Source: an uncultured delta proteobacterium
Lineage (GTDB): Bacteria; Myxococcota_A; UBA9160; UBA4427
Length of the DNA stretch: 64,000 nucleotides
Reading direction: 5' to 3'
NCBI GenBank assembly: GCA_963822965.1
Contig: CAWGJT010000005.1
Span: forward strand, 1,376,001 to 1,440,000
Positions within the stretch are counted from its first letter, which is position 1. Each line of letters opens with the position of its first letter. The position numbers were made by a program, and so were the translations under genes. The notes beneath the pieces are model-generated. The model had not been told where the DNA came from, did not search any database, and was given only the letters and a program-made list of their open reading frames with translations. This document shows, in pieces, positions 41,277 to 51,692 of this stretch.

Positions 41277-41985
41277 TCTGGGCACAATCTGGTCACAGGC
41301 GACGGCGACCGTGACTTCCGCGACTGCGAAGCAGGCGAGACCTATCGGAGAACAAGCGAAAATGGTCGCCCGTCGATCCCCGGTTCACGCAATCGCCACT
41401 GACGTGGTCCCCAAACTCCGTCCCCTCGGTCCTCACCGCGGAGGGCTGAAGCGGGGGCGCGGGCGGGCCTGCAGATCGCGGCACGGGACGGCGTCGGGCG
41501 GCGTGTAGTGGGGACGCCGTCCACACCGCCCATGTCTGTGCAGGATCCCATACGAAGTCAGTCGAAAGAAAGGTGTAGCCGCCCGCGATGCTGTCTGGAC
41601 TGCCGTCGAGAACGTCCCACTGGATGGGACCTACGTAGTTCACAAACTCAGGCGACTCAACACGAAACTTTTCTCATGTGTGGCATGGCTCGACACCAGC
41701 AGAGACGAGCTCGGGAGCCCTTCGCAGGCAACGTGGCGGCACGGTAGATTCCGGGACGACCGGACTGAGCCGGAGTCAGCGCAGGTGGATAAGCAAAACA
41801 AGCTGCCTTTTCGGTACCACCGATACCAGGCGTTCTGACAAGTAGGTTCCGCACCACCGATACTGGCCGTTATGTCCAGCCCGTAAGGGGAGCCGTGGGC
41901 TGCAAAAGCAACTGGCCGTTGGGAATGATGACCGCGTAGCCGTCCATGCAGTCGAATCGACCACCGAGGTACGTCGTGCCCACAT

Positions 41986-42034
41986 TGGCACGCCGGGAGG
42001 GATTCGAACCCCCGACCCTCAGGTTCGAAGCCTG
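41986..42034 (-). other. 3' fragment of tRNA-Arg(TCG); probable att site
   Basis: CAGGCTTCGAACCTGAGGGTCGGGGGTTCGAATCCCTCCCGGCGTGCCA; no 5' acceptor strand or D arm upstream. Confidence 0.8.
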
Positions 42035-42079
42035 GACGGACCTCTAGGAAATCTCGGCACGCACGTCGTGGCCGAGAGA

Positions 42080-44467
42080 TCAAGCGCCGAGAGGATGTTC
42101 GCCGATGACCCGTTCTCGCCGGAGCGCGTCGATCTCTTCGTCCGACAGGCCCATGCCACGCAGGATCGATTCGTTGTGCTGACCGAGTGTCGGAGGAGCC
42201 CAGCGGTGATGGTGCTTCGGACCGGGTGTGATGCGGAACGGCCAGCCCGGGTAGCGGTTGGCTCCGGTGATGGGATGCTCGAACTCCTCGTAGTAGGCAC
42301 GGGCGATGAGCTGTGCCTCGTCGTACATCCGGTCCGGTGTGAGGACCCGCTCGGCGGGGATGTGTCGGGACTGGAGGTCGTCGACGATCGCTTCCGCGGA
42401 TCGCGCTCGCGTCCAGGCGGCGACGACTTCGTCGAACGCGTCGTGGGCGGCTTCTCGCATCTGGGCTGACGCGAAGCGCGAATCCACGAGCAGCTCGGGC
42501 TGGCCCATCGCTTCGACCAGCCGCGACCAATCGGTATCGTCCCGCACGCAGAGCGCCACCCACACGCCGTCGGTGTCGGTCGGATAGACGCCCTGCGCGT
42601 GGCCGCGCTGGCGGTTGCCTTCGCGGGGCGGGATGCTGCCGTTCATCGAGTACTCGATCACTGGCTCCGCGGTGACACACGCGCCGACCTCGATCTGCGC
42701 GACCTCGATCTGCTGGCCCTCGCCGCTGCGACGTCGGTGCTCGAGGGCCGCCAGAAGTGCGACCCCAGCGTGCACACCGACGATGGGATCCGCTGGTCCC
42801 TGGAGGCTGCAGGGAGGACCATCGCCGTATCCGGTGACGGCCGCCATCCCCGAGGCCTGCTCGATGTTGAGCGCCCAGCCGACGTAGTCGCGCCACGGAC
42901 CCTCGAGCCCGAACCCCGGCATTCGAACGAGGATGACGTCGGGGTTGATCTCGACGAGCGACGGATAGTCCAACCCGAACTCCTCGACGACTCGGGGCGA
43001 GAAATTCTCCACGACGACGTCTGCCTCCGCGGCGAGTCGCCGGACGACCTGGCGGCCCCGCTCCGAGGTGAGGTCGAGCGTGATGTCGCGCTTGTTGAGG
43101 TTCGTGCCCTGCCAGATCACGCTGCGTTCGTACCAGTCATCACCCTCGAATGGAAAGGCGCCCGAGTACCGGTGACCGTCGGGTCGCTGGATGGACTCCA
43201 GCTTGATGACGTCCGCCCCGAATGCGCCGAGGTAGCAGGTGAGGTACGCGCCCGCCCAGAAAGTGCTGAGGTCGAGGACCTTCAGGTCCGCGAACGGCGA
43301 ATCGTTGGCCACGTCGTGGGGAGGGCGGGGATCGCCACGCTCGTCAACGTTCGTGATGGGCGTCGCCGAAATTCCGATCCGGGGTGCGCCGCGCAGCGGG
43401 AGCACGGGCGTCGCGGAGAGGCGATACGGAGCCCCGGGCCGCCGGAACGACCAGCCGTCGCCCGCGCCTTCCACGAAGAATCCACGCGCCTTGTACTGCG
43501 GGAACTCGGGCACCGTGGCCCCGTCACCGACCGGGGCCGCCGGGAGGCGCATTGCCTGGCAGAGCTCGACGAGCTCGTCGACGCCTCGCTCCGCGAGCCA
43601 GGGCTCTGCCTTGGCGAAGAAGTCGGCGCGTTCGGGTCCTCCCATCATGACCGCGATCTGATGTTCGGCGAACTCGGGCATGCCAAGCAGGGCACAGAGG
43701 TCGAGCCAGTGCTGACCCGTCAGGCAGTTGATCCCGATCCAGCCGTCAGCCGCGCGCACGATGCCCAGAATTGGCGCCGCCCGCCTGTCGGTGGGCATTT
43801 CGAGCCGTCTCAGCTTCTCGAATATCAGCATGGGGTAGGGAAGCGTCGACAAGAGGGACTCGAGCATCGAGACGTCGACCTCGGTCACGCAATTGCTCGA
43901 ACGACTGCGCAGAGCGGTGAGTGCACCGAGAGCCGCATAGGCGCCGGCGATGTACTCGGGGATCCGGGATCCAGCCTGCACGGGAGAGCGGTCGGGATCC
44001 TTGTGCGTGATCCAGCCCGATGCCGCCTGCAGGGTGAGGGGTGTCGCCTCGCGATCTCGCCACGGTCCGTGCTGGCCGAAGCTCGTGACGCGCGTGACGA
44101 CGAGGCCGGGGCGGATGACCTGCAGTGCGCCGCTGTCTAGTCCCCATCGTTCGAGAGTGCCTGGCGGGAGGCCGTCGATCAGCACGTCGGCGAGCCCTAG
44201 GAGCGCGCGTGCGGCCGGGAGGTCTCTTCCGTCCTCGAGGTCGAGAGTGACCCCATGCTTGCCCGCGTTGAGGTATTCGAACAGCCCGGATCGGTCGGGG
44301 CGGCGAACGCCGCCGGGAAACGGCCCCCACGCTCGCAGCGGATCTCCGTCGGGAGGCTCGATCTTGCTGACCTCGGCGCCGAGCTCGGCGAGCAGCTTCC
44401 CGCAGTACGGCCCGGCGATGTCGCCAGCGATCTCGACGACCCGGACATTCTGGAGCGCGGCCCTCAT
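42080..44467 (-). CDS. two-domain CaiB/BaiF CoA-transferase
   Basis: Two repeats of the LG(A)xVxK(I/L)E...NxxKxxxTLDL family III motif. Confidence 0.92.
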   Translation of the reverse strand: MRAALQNVRVVEIAGDIAGPYCGKLLAELGAEVSKIEPPDGDPLRAWGPFPGGVRRPDRSGLFEYLNAGKHGVTLDLEDGRDLPAARALLGLADVLIDGLPPGTLERWGLDSGALQVIRPGLVVTRVTSFGQHGPWRDREATPLTLQAASGWITHKDPDRSPVQAGSRIPEYIAGAYAALGALTALRSRSSNCVTEVDVSMLESLLSTLPYPMLIFEKLRRLEMPTDRRAAPILGIVRAADGWIGINCLTGQHWLDLCALLGMPEFAEHQIAVMMGGPERADFFAKAEPWLAERGVDELVELCQAMRLPAAPVGDGATVPEFPQYKARGFFVEGAGDGWSFRRPGAPYRLSATPVLPLRGAPRIGISATPITNVDERGDPRPPHDVANDSPFADLKVLDLSTFWAGAYLTCYLGAFGADVIKLESIQRPDGHRYSGAFPFEGDDWYERSVIWQGTNLNKRDITLDLTSERGRQVVRRLAAEADVVVENFSPRVVEEFGLDYPSLVEINPDVILVRMPGFGLEGPWRDYVGWALNIEQASGMAAVTGYGDGPPCSLQGPADPIVGVHAGVALLAALEHRRRSGEGQQIEVAQIEVGACVTAEPVIEYSMNGSIPPREGNRQRGHAQGVYPTDTDGVWVALCVRDDTDWSRLVEAMGQPELLVDSRFASAQMREAAHDAFDEVVAAWTRARSAEAIVDDLQSRHIPAERVLTPDRMYDEAQLIARAYYEEFEHPITGANRYPGWPFRITPGPKHHHRWAPPTLGQHNESILRGMGLSDEEIDALRRERVIGEHPLGA

Positions 44468-44678
44468 TCGGCACCATCCTCTGAATGGGTCGTCATGAAA
44501 TCGCGCAGCCCCACGGGCGCGCTGGCCTCGGACATCTTGCTGCTCCGCTCGATCAAACAGATTGGATCATTATGTACAATGATTGACCGATAAAAGTCAA
44601 TCAGATACATATGGCAAGCCCTTTGGAATACAAATCGTATCGATATGTACGATTCCCAAGGCCGGAGGTAGCGCACGA

Positions 44679-45860
44679 ATGAGCCCGGACTTTCCCCTGC
44701 ACTCACCCGACTTCTATGCAGGCGACCCGTACCCGGCGTACAAGCAGCTGCGCGCGACCTCGCCCGTGCACTGGAACGACGACACCAAGTTCTGGGCCGT
44801 GCTCAAGTACGAGGACATCCGCTTCGTCTCGCGCAACCCGAAGCTCTTCACGTCGACGAAGGGCATCACGATCCCAGACCCGGCGCAGCCGGAGCCGGTT
44901 CAGGCGGGCAACCTCATCTTCACGGACCCGCCGCGGCATCGGCAGATGCGTCAACTCCTGAGCACGGCCTTCACCCCGAACCGGGTGGCGGCACTCGAGC
45001 CGACCGTCCGCGAGATCGTGTGCGGGATCCTCGACGAGATCGAGCCCGAGTCGACCCATGAGTTCGCAGAAGAGATCGCGGCCCCGTTGCCCACCCGGAT
45101 GATCGCGGAACTCCTCGGCGCGCCGGCCGAGGACTGGGAGCAGTTCCGCGTCTGGTCGGATGCCGCCGTGGGGAACGCGGATCCCGAGATCGAGCTCGAT
45201 CCACTCGTCGCAATGGCACAGCTCCACAAGTACTTCTCGGGCCTCATCGCCGAGCGCCGCAAGGAGCTGCGGGACGACCTGCTCTCGGTCATGGTCGCCG
45301 CGGAGGTGGACGGCGAGCGTTTCACCGACGAGGACCTGCTCAACCTCTCGTTCCTCCTGCTGGTGGCAGGCAACGAAACGACGAGGAACTTGATCGCTCT
45401 CGGCACGCTCGCCCTGATCCAACATCCAGACCAATGCAGGCAGCTCGTGGCCGATCCCGCGTTGATCCCCGGAGCAATCGAGGAGATGCTGCGCTTCACC
45501 ACCCCGGTGACGCACATGGCGCGTACCGCGACGGAAGATATCGAGATCCGCGGCCAGCACATTCGCGAGGGTGACACCGTCGTGATGCTGTACGGCTCCG
45601 CCAACAGGGACGAGGAGGTCTTCGGAGACGACGCCGAGATGTTCAAGGTGACGCGCAGCCCGAACCCGCACATCGCGTTCGGTCTTGGTGAGCACGTCTG
45701 CCTCGGCGCGTCCCTGGCGCGCCTCGAGGCGCGAGTGATGTTCGAGGAGCTCCTGAGCCGCTATCCGAAGCTCGAGCTCGTGGGTGAGGTCGCGCGGATG
45801 CGCGCCACGATGGTGCCTGGCGTGAAGCGGATGCCGGTTCGCCTCGGAACGGGGGCTTGA
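44679..45860 (+). CDS. cytochrome P450 (CYP142/CYP125-like)
   Basis: AGNETT, EMLR and FGLGEHVCLG motifs; steroid operon context. Confidence 0.92.
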   Translation: MSPDFPLHSPDFYAGDPYPAYKQLRATSPVHWNDDTKFWAVLKYEDIRFVSRNPKLFTSTKGITIPDPAQPEPVQAGNLIFTDPPRHRQMRQLLSTAFTPNRVAALEPTVREIVCGILDEIEPESTHEFAEEIAAPLPTRMIAELLGAPAEDWEQFRVWSDAAVGNADPEIELDPLVAMAQLHKYFSGLIAERRKELRDDLLSVMVAAEVDGERFTDEDLLNLSFLLLVAGNETTRNLIALGTLALIQHPDQCRQLVADPALIPGAIEEMLRFTTPVTHMARTATEDIEIRGQHIREGDTVVMLYGSANRDEEVFGDDAEMFKVTRSPNPHIAFGLGEHVCLGASLARLEARVMFEELLSRYPKLELVGEVARMRATMVPGVKRMPVRLGTGA

Positions 45861-45864
45861 TTCG

Positions 45865-47076
45865 ATGAACTTCGACTACACGCCCGAGCAGAAGCGCCTG
45901 CGCGACGACATCCGAGCCTCCCTCGAGGCGGTGATGACCCCTGACCGCATCGCGGCCGTGAAGGGAAACATGGAGGGTGGCCCTGGGGTGAAGGAGTGTG
46001 TCCAAGCCCTTGCCGCAGCGAACCTCCTCGGGGTTGGCTGGCCCGAGGAGTACGGCGGGCGAGGGTTCTCTGCGATCGAGCAGCACGTCTTCTTCGAGGA
46101 GGCCAAGCGGCTGAGTGCGCCGATCCCGTTCGTCACCCTCAACACAGTCGGTCCGACGCTCATGCGATACGGCACCGAGGAGCAGAAACAACGATTTCTT
46201 CCCGCGATCCTCGCTGGCACCGTGGAGTTCGCGATCGGCTACTCGGAGCCAGGCGCTGGCAGCGACCTCGCCGCGCTGCGGACCACGGCGGTCCGCGATG
46301 GCGACGAGTACGTGATCAACGGCCAGAAGATGTTCACGAGCGGCGCCGAGAATGCGGACTACATCTGGTTGGCCGCCCGCACCGATCCCACGACGAAGAA
46401 ACACAAAGGCATCTCGATCTTCATCGTGCCGACCTCGTCGCCGGGATTCTCGTGGCAGCCGCTCGAGACGATGCCGGGCGTCTGCACCTACTACACGTTT
46501 TATGACGACGTTCGGGTGCCCGCGACCGCGATCGTCGCCGGCGAGAACGAAGGCTGGATGCTCATCACCACGCAGCTCAACTTCGAGCGGGCGGCCCTGG
46601 GAACCCTCGGCGCAGTCGAGCCGCTGTTCGAGAAGACGCTCGAGTGGGCGCGCCAGACCGAGTTCGACGGTGCCCGGGTGATCGATCAACCATGGGTCCA
46701 GTCGATCCTGGCCCGGGTGGAGGCGCAGGTGGCTGCGTACAGGCTCCTGAACCTCCGGGTGAACGCCGCGATGAGCCACGGGGGTCGCCTCGGGATGGGC
46801 GAGGCGTCGGCCGTCAAGGTGTTCGGTACCGAGCTGACCCAGCAGGTGGCGCGCCAACTCCTCGAGGTGCTCGGCGCCAACGGGTTGCGGGAGGGGGACA
46901 CCGCTCCGCTTCGAGGCGCCCTCGAGTCCGCGTACCGGATCGCTGTCATCAACACGTTCGGTGGCGGAGCCAACGAGATCCAGCGAGACATCATCGCCAT
47001 GGCGGGCCTGGGCATGCCGCGGGCTCCGCGCGACACCCGGGGAAACGAGGCGAAGGCAGGGAGTACGAAGAGATGA
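45865..47076 (+). CDS. acyl-CoA dehydrogenase (FadE29/ChsE2-like)
   Basis: FAIGYSEPGAGSDLA, YYTFYDDVRVP and TFGGGANEIQRD motifs. Confidence 0.88.
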   Translation: MNFDYTPEQKRLRDDIRASLEAVMTPDRIAAVKGNMEGGPGVKECVQALAAANLLGVGWPEEYGGRGFSAIEQHVFFEEAKRLSAPIPFVTLNTVGPTLMRYGTEEQKQRFLPAILAGTVEFAIGYSEPGAGSDLAALRTTAVRDGDEYVINGQKMFTSGAENADYIWLAARTDPTTKKHKGISIFIVPTSSPGFSWQPLETMPGVCTYYTFYDDVRVPATAIVAGENEGWMLITTQLNFERAALGTLGAVEPLFEKTLEWARQTEFDGARVIDQPWVQSILARVEAQVAAYRLLNLRVNAAMSHGGRLGMGEASAVKVFGTELTQQVARQLLEVLGANGLREGDTAPLRGALESAYRIAVINTFGGGANEIQRDIIAMAGLGMPRAPRDTRGNEAKAGSTKR

Positions 47077-47624
47077 CCGACGACGCGGCCAAGGCCGAGT
47101 TCCGCAAACGACTCAAAGATCTGATCGGCAAGCCCACAGGCTCGGGCAGGCCCATGAGCGCGCCCGATCCGGTGAACCAGGCGATGATCCGGCACTGGTG
47201 CTATGCGCTCGACGACATGAACCCCGTGTACCTCGACGAGGATTTCGCAGCGCAGTCCCGCTTCGGCGGCATCGTGTCGCCACCGGTGATGCTTCAGTCC
47301 TGGACGATGCCGCCGCCGAAGCTCGCGGGCATCGCGGAGCGGGGCGGGGTCCCGATGGAAATCGGGGAGAATCCCATGTCCTTCATCGACGAAGCCGGCT
47401 TCATCGGAACGATCGCGACCAACTCGGAGTTCGAGATGGAACGCTATCCGCGGCTCGGCGACGAGATCACGGCAGAAACGGTGATCGAGGACGTCTCCGA
47501 CGAGAAGAGGACCGCGATCGGGACGGGACACTTCCTGACCTGGGTGACGACCTACACCGACGAGCAGGGCGAGGTGCTGGGACGGCAGCGCTTCCGCATC
47601 CTGCGATTCAAGCCGGGCGCCTGA
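47073..47624 (+). CDS. MaoC-like hydratase subunit (ChsH2 N-terminal-like)
   Basis: APDPVNQAMIRHWC..DMNPVY, PPVMLQSWTM and RILRFKP motifs. Confidence 0.85.
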   Translation: MTDDAAKAEFRKRLKDLIGKPTGSGRPMSAPDPVNQAMIRHWCYALDDMNPVYLDEDFAAQSRFGGIVSPPVMLQSWTMPPPKLAGIAERGGVPMEIGENPMSFIDEAGFIGTIATNSEFEMERYPRLGDEITAETVIEDVSDEKRTAIGTGHFLTWVTTYTDEQGEVLGRQRFRILRFKPGA

Positions 47625-48022
47625 TGCCCAGCCGAATTGCGCCTTCGACCAGTCCCGACACGGACTTCTTCTGGAACGGGCTCCGGGACCGGAAGCTCCT
47701 GATCCAACGCTGCACCGGGTGCGGAACGCTGCGTCAGCCACCGCGTCCCATGTGCCCGAAGTGCAATTCGCTCGATTGGGACACGATCGAGTCGTCGGGT
47801 CGGGGCACCGTCTACAGCTACGTGATGCCGCACAATCCCCGCTTTCCCATGTTCGAGTACCCGTACATCGTCGTCCTGGTCGAGCTGGACGAGGGAGTGC
47901 GCCTCGTGTCGAACCTGTGCGAGATCACCCCCGACGACGTTCGCGTCGGCATGCCCGTCGAGGTCTTCTACACGACCTTCGACAACGATCTCGTACTGCA
48001 CCAATTCCGGCCGGCCGGCTGA
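47624..48022 (+). CDS. DUF35 Zn-ribbon/OB-fold protein
   Basis: FFW...QRCTGCG...MCPKC...GRGTVYSY...VELDEG. Confidence 0.9.
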   Translation: MPSRIAPSTSPDTDFFWNGLRDRKLLIQRCTGCGTLRQPPRPMCPKCNSLDWDTIESSGRGTVYSYVMPHNPRFPMFEYPYIVVLVELDEGVRLVSNLCEITPDDVRVGMPVEVFYTTFDNDLVLHQFRPAG

Positions 48023-48031
48023 GGCGATCGA

Positions 48032-49156
48032 ATGGACTTTTCCTTTAGTGAAGAACAGGATGCAATCGCGAAGCTGGCACGCCAGCGCTTCGAGGTTCGT
48101 GCCACGCCAGAGCACCTGAGCGAAATCGAAGCGGGAGAGGTCCGCTACGACGAAGCACTGTGGAAGGAGCTTGCGAGCGCCGACCTCCTCGGGATCGCAT
48201 TGCCTGAAGAGGTGGGGGGCAGTGGTCACGGCTTCCTCGAGGTCGCCGTGCTGCTGGCGGAGGTCGGCTGGAGCGTCGCGCCGGTGCCCGTGTACGCGAC
48301 GCTTGCGCTCGGAGCCGAACCTATCTCTCGCTATGGGACTCGGGAGCAGCAGGAGCGATATTTCCCCGGCGTGGTAGACGGAACCCTTCTGTTGAGCGCA
48401 GGTCTGATGGAGCCCGGGAGATCGGATCCGACCTCGCCCGCGACCACCGCCACTCGCGACGGAGGCGGATGGCGCCTCGACGGCAAGAAGGAGCTGGTGC
48501 CCGCGGCCCAGCTCGCCCACTCCGTTCTGGTACCCGCCACGACCGCCGACGGCGAAGTCGGATTGTTCCTCCTCGATACGGCGGCCTCAGGGGTCGAGAT
48601 CCAGCCCGTTGCGACCACCAATGGCGAGCCGCACGCGGATCTGACGATCGACGGCGCGCACGTACCCTCCGAGGACCGGCTCGGGGAGCCCGCGCGCGGC
48701 CTCGAGATGATCCGCTCTCTCCATGCCCACGCCCTGGTCGGACTCTGCGCGCTGCAGGTCGGTGTCACGGAACGGGCCTTGCGGATGGCGGCGGCGTACA
48801 CGACGGAGCGCGAGCAGTTCGGCCGGCCCATCGGCAGTTTCCAGGCTGTCCAGCAGCGCATGGCCGACGCGTTCATCGATGTCGAGTCGATTCGCTGGAC
48901 CACGTGGCACGCGGCATGGCTGCTCGCCGAGGGCCGGTCCGCCGAGCGCGAGGCGAGCATCGCCAAGTTTTGGGCCGCGGAGGCCGGGGCTCGCGTGGCC
49001 GCGACCGCGCAACAGGTTCACGGCGGCATCGGGATCGACATCTCCTACCCGTTGTTCCGCTACTTCCTTTGGGCGAAGCAGAACGAGCTCGCGCTCGGGT
49101 CCGCCTCGCAACATCTCGCCCGACTCGGCAGCGCATACACGGAGACGAAGCCATGA
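48032..49156 (+). CDS. acyl-CoA dehydrogenase (FadE28/ChsE1-like)
   Basis: REQFGRPIGSFQAV and QVHGGIGID motifs. Confidence 0.85.
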   Translation: MDFSFSEEQDAIAKLARQRFEVRATPEHLSEIEAGEVRYDEALWKELASADLLGIALPEEVGGSGHGFLEVAVLLAEVGWSVAPVPVYATLALGAEPISRYGTREQQERYFPGVVDGTLLLSAGLMEPGRSDPTSPATTATRDGGGWRLDGKKELVPAAQLAHSVLVPATTADGEVGLFLLDTAASGVEIQPVATTNGEPHADLTIDGAHVPSEDRLGEPARGLEMIRSLHAHALVGLCALQVGVTERALRMAAAYTTEREQFGRPIGSFQAVQQRMADAFIDVESIRWTTWHAAWLLAEGRSAEREASIAKFWAAEAGARVAATAQQVHGGIGIDISYPLFRYFLWAKQNELALGSASQHLARLGSAYTETKP

Positions 49157-49605
49157 GCACGACGAAGACCCACCCCACGACCCTCGCTTGGAGTGGCATC
49201 GAGGTAGGCGACGAGGTGACGCCGCTCGAGGTTCCCGTCACGACGACCGTCATCGTGGCCGGCGCGATCGCGTCACGCGACTACATGCCGGTGCACCACG
49301 ACCGCGACTTCGCGAACAAGCAGGGTTCACCCGACCTGTTCATGAACATCCTCACCACGAACGGGCTGTGCGTCCGCTTCCTCACGGACTGGGCAGGCCC
49401 GGAGGCGATGGTGAAGAACCTCTCGATTCGCCTCGGCGTGCCGGCCTATCCCAACGACCCCCTGCACTTCACCGGCTCGGTCGCTGGAAAATCCGAAGGC
49501 GAGGGCGAGGGGTTGGTCGAGGTCGAGTTCAAGGGCGCAAACAGCCTGGGCAACCACGTCACGGGTACGGCCGTGCTCAGCCTGGTCGAGGGAGCACGCC
49601 GGTGA
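49153..49605 (+). CDS. MaoC hydratase (ChsH1-like)
   Basis: IASRDYMPVHHD...FMNILTT. Confidence 0.88.
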   Translation: MSTTKTHPTTLAWSGIEVGDEVTPLEVPVTTTVIVAGAIASRDYMPVHHDRDFANKQGSPDLFMNILTTNGLCVRFLTDWAGPEAMVKNLSIRLGVPAYPNDPLHFTGSVAGKSEGEGEGLVEVEFKGANSLGNHVTGTAVLSLVEGARR

Positions 49606-50771
49606 GTCGTACGCTCGCGGGCAAAGCGGCCATCGCCGGGATCGGGCAGACCGAGTTCTCGAAGGAGTCCGGACGGACCGAGCTCCAGCTCGCCTGCGAG
49701 GCGGTCAAGTCCGCGCTCGATGACGCCGGGCTGCAACCGGCAGACGTCGACGGCATGGTCACGTTCAGCGTGGATTCGAACGAGGAGATCGAGGTCGCCC
49801 GCAACCTGGGGATTCGAGACCTGAACTTCTTCACGCGCGTGCCGCACGGCGGCGGTGCTGCGGCCGGGACGGTCATGCAAGCGGCGATGGCCGTCGCCAC
49901 TGGGGTGGCCGACGTCGTCGTCTGCTACCGCGCGTTCAACGAGCGATCCGGCTTCCGCTTCGGAGGCTCGGGCCGCACGATGACCGAAACGCCGCTCTGG
50001 CTCGCACCTTACGTGCCCTTCGGGCTCATGACGCCCGCGGCGTGGGTGGCGCTGCACGCCCAGCGGTACATGTCGACCTACGGCGTGACCAACGAGGACT
50101 TCGGCAAGGTCTCGGTAGTCGACCGCGCGCACGCGGCGCGGAACCCCGACGCCTGGTTCTACGAGCGCCCGATCACGCTCGCCGATCACCAGAACTCGCA
50201 CTGGATCGTCGAGCCCGTACTCCGGCTCCTCGACTGCTGCCAGGAGAGCGACGGCGGAGTCGCCCTGGTCGTCACCACCGTGGAGCGCGCCCGGGACCTC
50301 GCGCAGCCGCCGGCAGTCATCACGGCGGCGGCGCAGGGGGCGGCGTACGACGGAGAAGTGATGACGAGCTACTACCGCGACGACATCACCGGGCTGCCCG
50401 AGATGGGTGTGGTCGCCCGGAAGCTCTGGGCAGATTCCGGCCTCCAGCCTTCCGACATCCAGACGGCCTTCCTGTACGACCACTTCACCCCCTTCGTCCT
50501 GGTCCAGCTGGAAGAGCTCGGCTTCTGCGCGCGCGGGGAGGCGAAGGACTTCGCCACGATCGAGAACCTCTCGGTCGGCGGCAAGCTTCCGATCAACACC
50601 AACGGCGGGTTGCTCGGCGAGGCGTACATCCACGGCATGAACGGAATCACCGAGGGCGTGCGGCAGATCCGCGGCACCTCGTACAACCAGGTCGAAGGCG
50701 TGGAGCACACACTCGTGACCTCTGGAACGGGGGTGCCGACGAGTGCTCTCATCCTCGGGCACGCGCGGTGA
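49602..50771 (+). CDS. ltp2: lipid-transfer protein/steroid aldolase Ltp2-like (thiolase fold)
   Basis: AAIAGIGQTEFSKESGR, LLDCCQESDGG, LYDHFTP and GEAYIHG motifs. Confidence 0.85.
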   Translation: MSRTLAGKAAIAGIGQTEFSKESGRTELQLACEAVKSALDDAGLQPADVDGMVTFSVDSNEEIEVARNLGIRDLNFFTRVPHGGGAAAGTVMQAAMAVATGVADVVVCYRAFNERSGFRFGGSGRTMTETPLWLAPYVPFGLMTPAAWVALHAQRYMSTYGVTNEDFGKVSVVDRAHAARNPDAWFYERPITLADHQNSHWIVEPVLRLLDCCQESDGGVALVVTTVERARDLAQPPAVITAAAQGAAYDGEVMTSYYRDDITGLPEMGVVARKLWADSGLQPSDIQTAFLYDHFTPFVLVQLEELGFCARGEAKDFATIENLSVGGKLPINTNGGLLGEAYIHGMNGITEGVRQIRGTSYNQVEGVEHTLVTSGTGVPTSALILGHAR

Positions 50772-50817
50772 GCGGGCGGGCCGCGGTCAGCATGCCGCAC
50801 GGCGCACTGGTCCCGTC

Positions 50818-51420
50818 GTGAGCGAGGCTACAACCAGCGACACGCGCCACGTCATCATCGATGCGGCCCACGACTGTTTTCGGCAGTTTGGACTACGCAA
50901 GACGACGATCGTCGAGATCGCGCAGGCCGCCGGGCTATCGCGGGGCACGATCTACCAGTACTTCCGGGACAAGTCCGCCATCGTCGAAGCGTGCGCTGAG
51001 CACACTTCGCAGCGATTCTATCGCGAGATGGTCAAGGCGATGGAGCCCGGGACCACCCTCGAGGACAAGCTGAGTTTGGCCGCTGTGTTCGTGTGCAAGG
51101 CGCGCAGATTCATAGAGCCGAGGCAACGATACTTCGACGAGGACGAGGTCGGTCTCCTGCTCACCAAAAACGCCGGAGTGCTCCTGAGCGAATGCGTGGA
51201 TTTCTTCGCGCCCTATCTCAAGGCGGCCAAGCTGACCGGAGAGGTGCGTAAGGACCTCGACGTGCAGGCCGCCGGCGAGTGGTTCGCGCGAATGCTGTTC
51301 TCACTCTTCAGCACGCCAGCGTCGACGCTCGACCTGGACGACCCGGAGGTGGTAAGACGGTTCGTGCAAGATCACATCGTGCGCGGATTCACGGCGGTCC
51401 CGGGCGATCGGCCGAGATGA
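50818..51420 (+). CDS. TetR-family regulator
   Basis: HTH IAQAAGLSRGTIYQYF. Confidence 0.9.
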   Translation: MSEATTSDTRHVIIDAAHDCFRQFGLRKTTIVEIAQAAGLSRGTIYQYFRDKSAIVEACAEHTSQRFYREMVKAMEPGTTLEDKLSLAAVFVCKARRFIEPRQRYFDEDEVGLLLTKNAGVLLSECVDFFAPYLKAAKLTGEVRKDLDVQAAGEWFARMLFSLFSTPASTLDLDDPEVVRRFVQDHIVRGFTAVPGDRPR

Positions 51421-51692
51421 GCACTGCACCGACGATGGGGACGGCGACAAGGCCCGCGCTGCCAGAACCACGCGCTGCGCGAGAGCAGCGACCTCGAAGA
51501 CGGCGCGTTCGAGGCCGTCGACGCGGCGTTCGCCGAGAAGCCGGAGAAGAAGGACGACTGAAGGAAGAAGGAAGGTGCCAGGCGTGGAGCCGGGGCGAGG
51601 ACCGGCTCCTCCGGCAGGCGCGCATCCCGGTGCCGGCTCGCGGCACCCAGCTGCGCCCCTAGAGTCCTTCCGACCGGGAGCGGACGCTGCGG

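Noticed and set aside
41986..42060. Intact tRNA-Arg
   Set aside because: It lacks the 5' acceptor strand and D arm.
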